Source: Octopus sinensis (taxonomy: Eukaryota). From it: 64,000 nucleotides of DNA. Numbering within the stretch: the first letter of the stretch is position 1; every line of letters begins with the position of its first letter. A program made the translations under genes and the position numbers. Below are positions 50,264-61,739 of the stretch, piece after piece. The notes below the pieces were generated by a model. It saw nothing but the letters and a program-made list of their open reading frames with translations, was not told the origin of the DNA and searched no databases. The stretch lies in the NCBI RefSeq assembly GCF_006345805.1, contig NC_043002.1, forward strand, positions 92,814,001 through 92,878,000, given 5' to 3'.

Positions 50264-52066
50264 TATATTTGTATATATATGAAACATTCCAGTTGTGATC
50301 ATTATGTATTTTCCTCTTTGTACCAAAAATTACAGTATTCAGTGTGTCCTTCTATGATTGTAGCGGTGTTGTGAGGAAGAAGTAGCTGCTATTTCTTGTA
50401 AATCGAACGACACGATTAGGAGTCCTTTCGAAAGCTTATGAGTATGTGTGTAAGGCTGTGTGTGTGTGATTGTGTGTGTGTGTATGCGTGTGCATGTGTA
50501 TGTATGTGTGCGCATGTGTAGGTGTGTGTGAGTGTGTGTGTATATGTGAAGTGTTTACTAAAGTGGATACTGATCACTGAAGAATCGAACTTGTATCGAT
50601 GATTGAATTTATTGGTTGTTTATTTCTACAATGCGTCGTTGAGTGGAGAGGTGAGCAGGTGTGTGTGTGTGGGGAAAGCAAACCAGAAGTTGGGCAGTAT
50701 CTGTGATATCATATTGATTTAGCACAATTGGATATCCATTGATCGTATTGAGATGATATTAGTTCAGATCAATTGAACAGAAGCTCCCCTCCTCCGTCTC
50801 ACCCCACCCCCCGCCTCCATATATCCTCACACGCTCCTCTACCGTCCGTATACAATCACACACTGGCAAATATGAAAGAAAAGAAGAGAAAAAAGAAGAG
50901 AAAAAGATCAATGAATGCAATAAGGAAAGAAAGCAAGAAAGAAAGAAAGAAAAGCGAAACACGAACACACACACACACATATATACATACACACACAAGC
51001 ACACACATATACACACTCACAAACACACGAGTATAAATACGCACAACACACGACACGCACAAAAGCACACACACACACACACACATATACAATATCTCAT
51101 ATACAAACACACAAATACAAATATACATACACATACATGTACAATACACTAACATAAACATACACATTCTCACACATACACATAGACTAACACATACATG
51201 GAAACAAAAACATACACACACTCGCACACGCACGTACACACACACACACACACACACCGCACATACACAAGCACACACAAACACACACACACACATACAC
51301 ACACACAGAGAAAGCTGTGTAAAGCTTTGAACACATAACCGTATCGATGAAATATCAATAGGTCGTAGTTACAGTGAAACGAGGGGTAAAGGAAAACTTA
51401 TTGATTATCTGTGGTCATATAACTCTGGTGGAAAACAACAACAATAACAAAAACAACAATAACAACAACAGCAGCAGCAGCAGCAGCAGCAACAACAACA
51501 ATAACGACTACGATGGCGACAACGACAGCAACAACAGCTACGAACTTCCTACATCGAGTACTATGCGTTGGTTTGTTGTTGCTGTTGTTGTTGGTATTGT
51601 TGTAGTTTCTGTTGTTATTGTTGTTATTGTAGTTGTTGTTGTTGCTGCTGATGATGATGTTGTGTAGCCCTAGGTCAATTCTGTTCCCGCACACTCATCG
51701 TATTAAAGACAAGAAGAGAGAATATTAAAGGAGATTTGGCTGTGATTTGTAAGCGATTGAACGGCCATGTTAAAAGACTACCTCACTGGTTAGTGTGCTT
51801 CGATTTATTGCCGTCATTTAACCCTTTGTTGCCAAGAATATGCAATAGACACAAATTGGTGTATCTGCGTTATTCAAGTCCATTACTAATAGCGAATCTA
51901 TAAGCAGTGTCTTCATGGAAAGAGAAACAGAAACAGTTAAAGAAAGAATTTAGTCACAGATGAAGTCTCAGTACAAGACTAAAACTAGTCCAGCTGATCC
52001 GTATTTTTGTGTCCATGAAGATCTTGTGCATGGAGACAAGCTGTTAATTTCCGTCTATTATTATAA

Positions 52067-52280
52067 GGCGGCGAGCTGGCAGAATTGTAAACACGCTGGG
52101 CAAAATGCTTTAGCGGCATTTCGTCTGTCTTTACGTTCTGAGTTCAAATTCTGCCGAGGTCGACTTTGCCTTTCATCCTTTTGGGGTAGATAAAATAAGT
52201 ACCAGTTAAGCCCTGTGATCAATATAATCGACTTAACCCATCCCACGAACTTGCTGGCTTTTTACTAAAATTTGAAACCA
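52067..52280 (+). mobile_element. SINE family B (alternative tail)
   Basis: Head AAGGCGGCGAGCTGGCAGAA followed by the core. Confidence 0.8.
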
Positions 52281-52559
52281 GTATCTGTCTATTATACTAT
52301 GTTGGCTAAGTGAGAGACACATCTCATATAGTGTAACACTGAAACAATATGCTGTTGACACGCCTGTAGTTTATTAGTTGAACTAGCAGCCAAGTCTCAT
52401 TGTGCGGTACCCTGGGTAAGTGTCTTCTACTACAGGTCCAGGCTGACCAATGACCTGTGAGTGAATTTGGTAGACAGAAACTTACAACTCTTATAATAAT
52501 ACACCTATTACTAAACCCAATATGAATCAGCTAATAGGGACGCACTCGGACTCTTAGCT

Positions 52560-53460
52560 ACTAGGGATGTCCTGGACCCACCACCTGAAACCCTAAATCC
52601 AGAACCTCTTATAGAGTGAAAAGGAATGTTAAACAAAGGGTGGTAATCTGGTTCCATCACCCTTAGATCTCAATATTCAAAGTAGATTGCCGAAATCTTT
52701 GTGGTCGCTTTATTGAGGCATTTACCCACGTCTAGCACTTAGGTTAACAAGGCTTGTACTCAGTAACTCATCACATACTATAACTCAGATCACCCATATC
52801 AAATCGGAAAGCTAGATGATATCCTGTATGTTAATACCAGGTCAGTTCGGATTCCATTTAACAAAATGTGCATGACTATGGTGCAGGATATGCGCACGGT
52901 AACCTTCTGAATGCCAACAACATTAGCGTATATCACAACTTCGGTAATGCTACCAGTCTTGTCGGTGATATGACTGGAAGTGTTTTCAGTGAAAGCGATA
53001 ACGGCTCCGAGCGCAACAACCTGAACCACACTCCTCGTGGATTTGCAAAAAGATTCTGTAATTGTAAACGTCCATCCCCCTTTCCATTAGATTGCAATTG
53101 TGTAATGAATAACATTATTTATCAATTTGTAGATACTAATAATCAGGCTAGATAAGTTTACATAGGTACTACTTGCAGTAACCTTAACTTTTGATAATAT
53201 AAGCACAATATGACATTTAGATCCGAAGCTAAAGCTCTTAACACATCTTCACCTAAAATAAATTGGAAATTTAAAAAAAAAGGATTTGGTTGACTACAAT
53301 ATCAAATGGTCGATCGTTCAACGTGCGAACTCCTATAAAGATTATCATAATAAGTAGTGCTCGTTATGTATTGCGGAGATAATGACAATATTATTCATTT
53401 ATACGATGGACTTATTAAAAGATGCTAACGTTGACTACGCAACACCTTTCTCCACTACAC
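52560..53460 (+). mobile_element. Penelope-like element fragment: RT-EN linker and GIY-YIG endonuclease, degraded
   Basis: ..VIWFHHP.. then FCNCKRPSPFPLDCNCVMNNIIYQ...VYIGTT...YNIKWSIVQRANSY...CSLCIAE, matching PLE CxC / IIY-YIG / CxLC motifs. Confidence 0.8.
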
Positions 53461-53479
53461 ACCGTAATTCTTATTTAAT

Positions 53480-53655
53480 AATACCTATTTCTTTATTACC
53501 CACAAGGGGCTAAACACAGAGGGGACACACACGGACAGACATAGGTATTAAGTCGATTACATCAACCCCAGTGCGTAACTGGTATTTAATTTATCGACCC
53601 CGAAAGGATGAAAGGCAAAGTCGACCTCGGCGGAATTCGAACTCACAACGTGGTC
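53480..53655 (-). mobile_element. SINE family B single body unit
   Basis: Core and tail; the tail reads through into GAAATAGGTAT. Confidence 0.85.
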
Positions 53656-53992
53656 ACTTAATTTGTAATTACTGAAACCTCGTCTTACTTCGCCTTTAGG
53701 TTCGTACTTCAGTGAGCATCAATTCTGACAATTCACTTGTCACTTCAGTTGCTTTTCAATTCCCCTGAGTGTCATGATATATTCTGCTAACTTATAAATG
53801 TATTTTTTTGAATCTCAAACACTTTTGTACTCGCGTATAAAAGTCTACTTTGATCATTTTTTTTTCTCACATGATACACTTTCTTCCTACTACCGCTTCC
53901 TGATACTCTCTATATGTTTTCACGTTTCTGGTTTTTTATACGCCCAACGACCTTCAACGTACGTAAATGTGCGAGCGCATGTGTGTGTGTGT

Positions 53993-54029
<37 letters not shown>

Positions 54030-54164
54030 TTATGCGTCTTTAAGTATACGTGTGACTTCTGTTCACCTGTCTCACTTCAGCTATATTTTTCTCACGATTT
54101 CTTCTTTGCCATTACATTTAATTACCTTCTAGCGGATGTCTGTGTGTATGTATGTTTGCGTGTG

Positions 54165-54271
54165 TTTACACATTGGGCAAATGTCTTCTTCTATAGACTC
54201 GGGTCGACCAAAGCCGTGTGAGTGGATTTGGTAGACGGAAACTGAAAGAAGCCCGTCGTATATATGTATAT

Positions 54272-54361
<90 letters not shown>

Positions 54362-54565
54362 TGTCTGTGTTTGTCCCCCAACATCGCTTGACAACCGATG
54401 CTGGTGTGTTTACGTCCCCGTAACTTAGCGGTTCGGCAAAAGAGACCGATAGAATAAGTACTAAGCTTACAAAGAACAAGTCTTGGGATCGATTTGCGCG
54501 ACTAAAGGCGGTGCTCCAGCATGGCCGTAGTCAAATGACTGAAACAAGTAAACGAGTAAAAGAGT
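54165..54565 (+). mobile_element. SINE family A, 5'-truncated
   Basis: CORE to tail co-linear with family A. Confidence 0.85.
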
Positions 54566-54783
54566 ACATACTTGATACTATACCTTTATATTGATATCAT
54601 CTGAGTTGAGCACTGGGTTAGATGTAATCGACTTACCCACTTTCCTCCCCCAAAATATATTTAAAATCACACACCAACGAGCAGGGCTTTATAAATTTGA
54701 AATATCACAAGCCCATTTACACAAGATATCTTTCCGGTGACTGACATGAACTTTTTCGTTTTCTTTTTAGCTTTCTTTTATTT

Positions 54784-54854
<71 letters not shown>

Positions 54855-54967
54855 GTCTGTCTATCTATGTATCTGTCTATCTGTCTGTCTGTCTGTCTAT
54901 TTATTTCTCTCTCTCTCTCTCTCCCCTACACACACACACACACAACACACACACACACACACACAAG

Positions 54968-55660
54968 AAGATGTTGAAAAGTTCCTGGCTATAAGGGTGT
55001 CGCAAAAGGCCTGGTTGGAGGCCCAACCTTCCGAATTCTTTTACAAGGCTTTGAAAAAAGTGTTGGACCGCTACAATAAGTGTGTGAATGTGAGTGGAGA
55101 TTACCGTAAATCTTCGAGTATAATCCGCATTTTTCCCCCAAAATTTAAAGGTCAAAATCCCTAGTACGTACTATATACAAGGTTAAAAATGAAAAATATT
55201 TTCTAAGCAGTGTCCGAGTCTCTATTTACTGTCCGGCAATGTTTATTCAGGCGCATTTTGTGATGTCGGGCGTGAAAATACCTTAATCTAAGCCTGAAAG
55301 CAATGAAGAATCATCCATAACTTGCAGTAAGCAACATTTATTAACATAAAAGTATTCAGAACAGAATAACATGTGACAAAACAATTTGCAAGCATATTTA
55401 CATTCCCATATAACAGTTAAGAACATCACCATTATTGTATTACGCATGCGCGGACGTGTTTATTCGACTAAGTTAGAGGTGTGCGTATTATACACAAGGT
55501 TTAGGTTTTTCAGAGGTACAACCCCCTAAAAATCCCCTGCGTATTATACTCAAGGACGGGACTATACTCGAGGATTTACGGTATGTTGCATAAAATCGTA
55601 AATAACTGATCCTCTAGTAATTTCTTTCAATCAAAGCCAGGAACTTTTCAACACCCCACG
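54968..55660 (+). mobile_element. Short mariner derivative (TIRs + transposase C-terminus) containing a nested MITE
   Basis: TIRs TGTTGAAAAGTTCCTGGCT / AGCCAGGAACTTTTCAACA; KAWLEAQPSEFFYKALKKVLDRYNKCVNVSGD|YVA* is restored when the insert is removed. Confidence 0.85.
55104..55581. mobile_element. pogo/Tc-mariner-type MITE with TA TSD
   Basis: TA|CCGTAAATCTTCGAGTATA ... TATACTCGAGGATTTACGG|TA. Confidence 0.88.
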
Positions 55661-55698
<38 letters not shown>

Positions 55699-55807
55699 AT
55701 AAAGTTAACCCAAACAAGAAAACAAAAAAAAACAAAAAAACAACAAGGCAAGGATGTAGAACAAATAAAGTATTATTGGACGCTCAGGAAAGAAAGGAAG
55801 AAGGAGG

Positions 55808-55842
55808 GTTTGACGTTTCGAGCGGAGCTCTTCGTCGGAAAC
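55808..55842 (-). ncRNA. Minimal type I hammerhead ribozyme motif (PLE-type), U4C core variant, within a ~55700-55950 repeat
   Basis: Minus strand GUUU-CCGACGA-A-GAGC(UCC)GCUC-GAA-ACGU-C-AAAC: stem I 4 bp, stem II 4 bp, palindromic ACGU stem III, GUC cleavage triplet. Confidence 0.65.
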
Positions 55843-56472
55843 ATAGGAGAAAGAAACATCCCGAGACGGGAGGACAGAGGAAAAAAAAAGCATGTGTGTG
55901 CGCGAACGCGTAAAAAAAAAAAACACGTAATACTCGATATGCCGTTAGCAATAAGTGAAGTGAAGGCTCGTAGTCGTGCAACATTAATCTGCATTTTAAA
56001 AAATACGAAACCGAATTGACCAAACTCCGAAACTTCACATGTAACAAACACACTTTGTGAACCGGTTTCAACAAACAAGACTAAGTAATTTTACACGATA
56101 CGTCCTCGGAAGCTGAACATGCATTTCGATGGATACTGTTCAGAAGGATCCGCCATACGAACCGAACGAAATTATGGAAAAATTACTTTGAATTAGCTAA
56201 TGTCTTTGTTAAGATAGATGAGTCCAAATCTTCTCAAGTACGTGGAGAAGATAAAGAACTGATCCAGGCGTTTATATTATAGGATTCGTGTAGATAGATA
56301 TTTGTTAAACGCAACACGGTATATTCCTACCGTTCTAATGCGAGGCATATAACAAAGTGCTCAATAAATAGTGAAACCTTTTAGAATATAACCAACTCTC
56401 TCTCCCATCTCTCTCTCACACCCACCTCTCTCTGTCATCCACATCTCTTTCTCACACACCACTCTCTCTCCG

Positions 56473-56559
<87 letters not shown>

Positions 56560-56682
56560 GTGTTTATATATATATATTTTTTTACATACATCTGTATATA
56601 TGTATGTGTGCTTTTATTTATATATATATATATACATATATTATATAGGTGCATATATTATATATATACACACACTCACACA

Positions 56683-56722
<40 letters not shown>

Positions 56723-57134
56723 GAAACACATACACACACAAACGCACTCACATATATTGTAAATCATATGAAGCAAAAGTTGTGTTTCAATAAGGATTGG
56801 GCGGAAGATGGCAAACGTGTGTCGTGGTGGGGAGTGGCGTGTGCGTGCGCGCGCGCAAGCATGTGCGACTGCGCGCGCGGGTGCGTATGCATGGGTGTGC
56901 ATGCATGTGTGTAGATGACGACAAAATTACAGAAAATAATAATATTTGATGACATGAATATCTTAGTATGGTTTGATTTCCTGACCATAAGTCATAAATA
57001 ATCAATTTATTATCAATTTCCTGATTGAAAGTCATAAACAATATATCTTCTATCAATTTCCGGGTTGAAACCAGGGAAAAAAAAATCATGTACAAACGAT
57101 CCATTATATTTCTGTGCATATGTATATGTATGTA

Positions 57135-57249
<115 letters not shown>

Positions 57250-57599
57250 TCATCATCCTTGTGGCTATGGCGAAAGAATGTATCTGGTGGACGCGTCTGA
57301 AAGGATTGGAGACAAACACTTTCCTCTCTGGTCAATCTCTCATCAACTTCTTCAAGTACCACTTGAAAAGGAAAGTGAGAGTAGAGAGGCAAGTTTTGTC
57401 TAGCGAATGTTTTAAAAAAAGATGGGTGAATGTAGCAAGAATGGCACGTATGAATGACGAAGCCACCTTGAGCATAGTCCTATGAACCCAGAAATTGAAA
57501 ACAGAGAGTTGCTTATTTGCAAAAAAAAAAAAAAGAAAAAAAAGAAATATAAAATGTGACTTCATTGACCGAGGTTACCGTGGTCTTTTCCGTAGGCTT

Positions 57600-57880
57600 T
57601 TCTTTCCACGGGTAAACCTCACCTGTCCTCCCCTTTACACTTCATATTGACATTTCTGTGATAACGATCCCTATTGATCAATTTTTTTTTTTTTTTTTCC
57701 TCTCTCCCTTTTTTTAACCCCCCTTCTTTCTTTGTCCTCTTTCTCTCCTTTTACGATCCCTTTTGATCGAAACTCCCCCTTCCTTTTTTTTTTTTTTTTT
57801 AAACCGTCAAAAGAAAAGCTCTACCTTGTAATTTGTTCTATCTGTGCAGCCCTGTGTGGCTAATAAAGAAACATATCTAT
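57600..57880 (+). mobile_element. Possible Penelope-like terminal repeat fragment
   Basis: Two GATC-N6-GATC mini-hairpins, the second followed by GAAAC; the tail CTGTGCAGCCCTGTGTGGCTAATAAAGAAACATATC is repeated at ~58065-58100, next to (TATC)n. Confidence 0.35.
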
Positions 57881-57965
57881 CTATCTATCTATCTCTATCT
57901 ATATCTATCTATCTATCTATCTGTCTGTCTGTCTGTCTGTCTGTCGTCTGTCTGTCTGTCTGTCC

Positions 57966-58036
<71 letters not shown>

Positions 58037-58102
58037 AATCTATGTATCTATCTGTCTGTCCCGTCTGTGCGCAGCCCTGTGTGCTAATAAAGAAACATAT
58101 CG

Positions 58103-58178
<76 letters not shown>

Positions 58179-58369
58179 GTCTGTCTGCCTGCCTGTCTGC
58201 CTGTCTGTCTGTCTGTCTATCTATATGTAGATGGGGCGGAATATGACAAACATATGCATGTATGTGTATCTGTGTGTGTGTGTGTGTGTGTGTCTATGTG
58301 CATATGTGTGTGCTTGTATACACAAAATCTCCCCACATCGCATTTAACTTCTTGACTATCTTTCGTAGT

Positions 58370-60310
58370 TCGGCATTCAGGGTCGGCTGGTGTGTTTGTT
58401 CTGGTCTGGTCTGGTTGGCCTGATGCGTTCGGAGGCGGCTGACAAAGCCTTGTTATACAAGAAATCCTCTATGTATAGGGTACGTATGTGAGGTGCGTAT
58501 ATTGGGACATTGACATCTTTAGTACTCCAAGTGATTGAATTGTGTCCCATATTTCCAATAACCTATCCAAGACACATAGGCATATAAGAAAGTTGTGCGA
58601 ACACCTTCGGGTTAGACCTTGCAGCTTGATGGGATGTTTGGTTTTTTTTTCTGCACTTCGCATACTTCCCTTTCGCAGTCTGCTAGAAGCTGAGTTAGCT
58701 CTAGAGATCCTGTTGTTGACCTCTTCAACAATGTTTATTGTCTTAGAATTGTTCTACTGAAATTCATGAACCTGTAGCCTTTCTGTAGTTTCTCTCTACT
58801 CGAAGTGAATTAGCGACGGGCTGTTGCATGGTCTCAGATTTCTTTATGTTTTTCATAAAAGCAAAACTTGTCATAGATTGTTGAAAACTGGTCCATCTGC
58901 TTTATCCGCTCATTACCAGCCTTGAGAGTGTCGTCACCGAGACGAAGAGAAATATTCTGATAATCGCCTCTTTTAGTTGAGTGATGGTTTGAAGATCGCA
59001 GGTCTTGAACAACTTGCCATCGTTACAGTACTTGTTGTGGACGCCTCAAGTGCTGTTGTAGCAAGCGTCTATTAGTACTGTCGAAAGCATCAAGCTAAAG
59101 AGTGCGGAGGTTATGATGTAGCCTTCTTTGAGGGCATTTCTCACTAAAGAGGCATCAGCTGTGCCTCTCTATCATCTTTTACACGGACCGTTGTGCTGTC
59201 GTGGAACTGTTAGACAATATTAATGAATTTACTGGGGTAACCAAATTCTTTATGATCTTCCACAAGCTATCTCACTGTTGAACATGTAGAAAACCTTCTG
59301 TAAGTCGACAAAAGTGGTAGAGATCGCAGTGCTGCTGTTGTAATTTTTCTTGGAGTTGATGCGTCGCCAAAACTAAGTCCATAGTTTCACGATGGGTAAG
59401 TGAACCACGATGACTTTTTAGGAACAGGAATTATTGCAATAAATAGTTGATCAGGTTTTGGAGCAGAGTCTTTCTGGGTATTCTTTTGTTATGACCGATC
59501 CCTTTTCTTTTATAGTTGCAGTCGGTGTTGGCATCTTTGAAGCTTGGCTGATTGTCCCTTCATTCCACTGAAAGAGGACTATCAGCTCTTCAAAGGTGTA
59601 CGTCCTGGCTAATTTGTACATATTTCCGAAAATTACATCTAGACTAAAGTACTTGTCACTGGACGTCAGTGGGATTGTTTCCATGACTAATAGAAATGCG
59701 GTAGGAAGTTAAACTTGTAGTTCACATCCATCCGTGGCATTCTCATTTATTGAAAATGGCCGGTTGAGTACATTATCTAAGTGTTTAGCTAATCTCTCCA
59801 GTAACTGCTGCTTTTCTGTGAGCAATGTTTTATCATCAGCGTTTGTGAGGTGGATAATCCAAAGGACTGTGGATCATAAATGGTTTTCAGTGCATTATAG
59901 AATCAATTCAGGTCCATTTTGTCCGAATAGCTCTAAATTTTTTCTATCTTATCATGAATCAGAAATTTGTTTTTCTCTATGTCTTGCTTGCACCGTATGG
60001 TGAATATGGGTTAAGGCTACTATTTTACCTGCTAGTGATGGATTAGTCACTGACTCTTCTTAGCAAAGCAGAGCTTCGATATTCTCGTCATTTCCATCAA
60101 ACCATATTGGAGTGTTCTAGAACAGTTTAGTAGACAAAGTCTTTGAAGAAGGCTATTTTCCCTCAATTATGTCTTGCCAGGAGCGGGATATAATCAGTTG
60201 TCCAGATATATGAAGAATTTGGCCGAGATTGTCTGTTTTTTTTTTTGTTTTTTTTTAGCTTGGAGACCTCGAGCCTCTTGACAACATTCAGATAATGTTG
60301 AACCGATCAA
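58370..60310 (-). mobile_element. Degraded RTE-BovB-like LINE
   Basis: FYNALKTIYDPQSFG...DKTLLTEKQQLLERLAKHLDNVLNRP, LFQWNEGTI, and a C-terminal SRLRTH; many frameshifts. Confidence 0.75.
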
Positions 60311-60419
60311 ATATGAAGTTTAAGTTACCTCGGTTATACCACGGTGAATAAACGGTAGCATTACAAAGATATGGTTGAGAGTAAATTTCAACAACACTAC
60401 TTCAGTCACGCCACGTTCT

Positions 60420-60735
60420 TCAAATAATTCTCTGATCAAATTATAACTTACTGGCGTACCACATTTGGAAACTGGAGGTGCTCAGCAGAGCTTAAGACAT
60501 CAAATAAATATTTTCTAAAAGAAAGCACGTCATAAAAATAAAGCCAAGAGACGACCTTGTACAGCAGAAATATGGATAATGCTAGGTTTTTATAGTATTC
60601 TGTGTCCATCAGGACTACAGCACTACATTTGTAAGCTTCTTTGACTGTCAGGTCTTTGTCGTTTTTTAATTGTAGTAGGTGCTTCCATTGTAGGTTGTTG
60701 AAGTTAGGTATAATATAAATATTTATCTGCATAAT
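60420..60735 (-). mobile_element. Penelope-like RT N-terminal fragment
   Basis: NL..LLQLKNDKDLTVKEAYKCSAVVLMDTEYY matches the PLE motif L+.D..I.IK.ADKG..VV+MD..Y. Confidence 0.7.
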
Positions 60736-60995
60736 ATAAATATTTGCCTACATAATAGCATACTAGCAAACGTACTTACGTATGTATATTCTGTGGGCTT
60801 TGGGGGTACTACTAACTTCTATCTTCTACCTTCTATGTGTATTTCTTATTTAGTACGAGGGATGTTTCCTTTGTGAGGACGCACTGCTGTAGTGTGAGTG
60901 ATGGGTCCTTCGGGTACTTGGATAAAATGTGGATGTCAAGTCGGCCCAGTATGCGTGTATAAATTTGTATTCACACACACACATATATATACACA

Positions 60996-61078
<83 letters not shown>

Positions 61079-61529
61079 TAAATGTATGTAAGTGTGCTTC
61101 TCAGGCTTTATTTTAAGAGCTTCTCACCAATGGGGAAGGAGCTAGTTTCTGGCCCGGAAACAGGATTCTTTGACTAGAAGTCCCTCAACATTGTTGCATT
61201 AATTATGTATGTACATGTACATTTATGCATATTCTTATATAAGCATGCATGCATGTACATATGTAGGTACACATGTATGGTTGTATACAGACATGGATAT
61301 CATTACCTGAGTAAATATATTTGCCTTGACTTAGTATATGCGCCCACCCATATATTGGCATGTCGACACATGTGTAAATGCTCTTAATAAGCGCTAAACT
61401 TTTGGGACATTTTCCATATTTAAAATGTGCTCTTAATGACTCGTAATTGTAATTTCCTAACCGTGCTTTTTTCCTAACGATTAGTGCTGAGGCAGCTTGT
61501 TATGGATGTGCGCATGTATGTCATTGTTC

Positions 61530-61635
61530 AGTTTAATTTCAAGATTACTTGCCAATAGAGAAAGAGCCAGTTTCTAACTTAGATCCAAGGCTCCTTCATT
61601 GGAATTTCAACATCAACAACAGGGTATTTTTGTTT
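61530..61635 (-). mobile_element. Distal 3' UTR of R4-like subfamily A
   Basis: Reverse complement is near-identical to 1975-2090. Confidence 0.75.
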
Positions 61636-61739
61636 GTATGTATATATGTCTGTATGTATGCATGCATGTATGTATGTATGTATTATGTATGTATGTATGT
61701 ATGTATGTATGTAGTATGTATGTATGTATGTATGTACCT

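Noticed and set aside
52868-53155. 95-aa Cys-containing ORF as a secreted host peptide
   Set aside because: Its C-terminal half is the CxC/IIY start of a Penelope GIY-YIG domain that continues past the stop codon.
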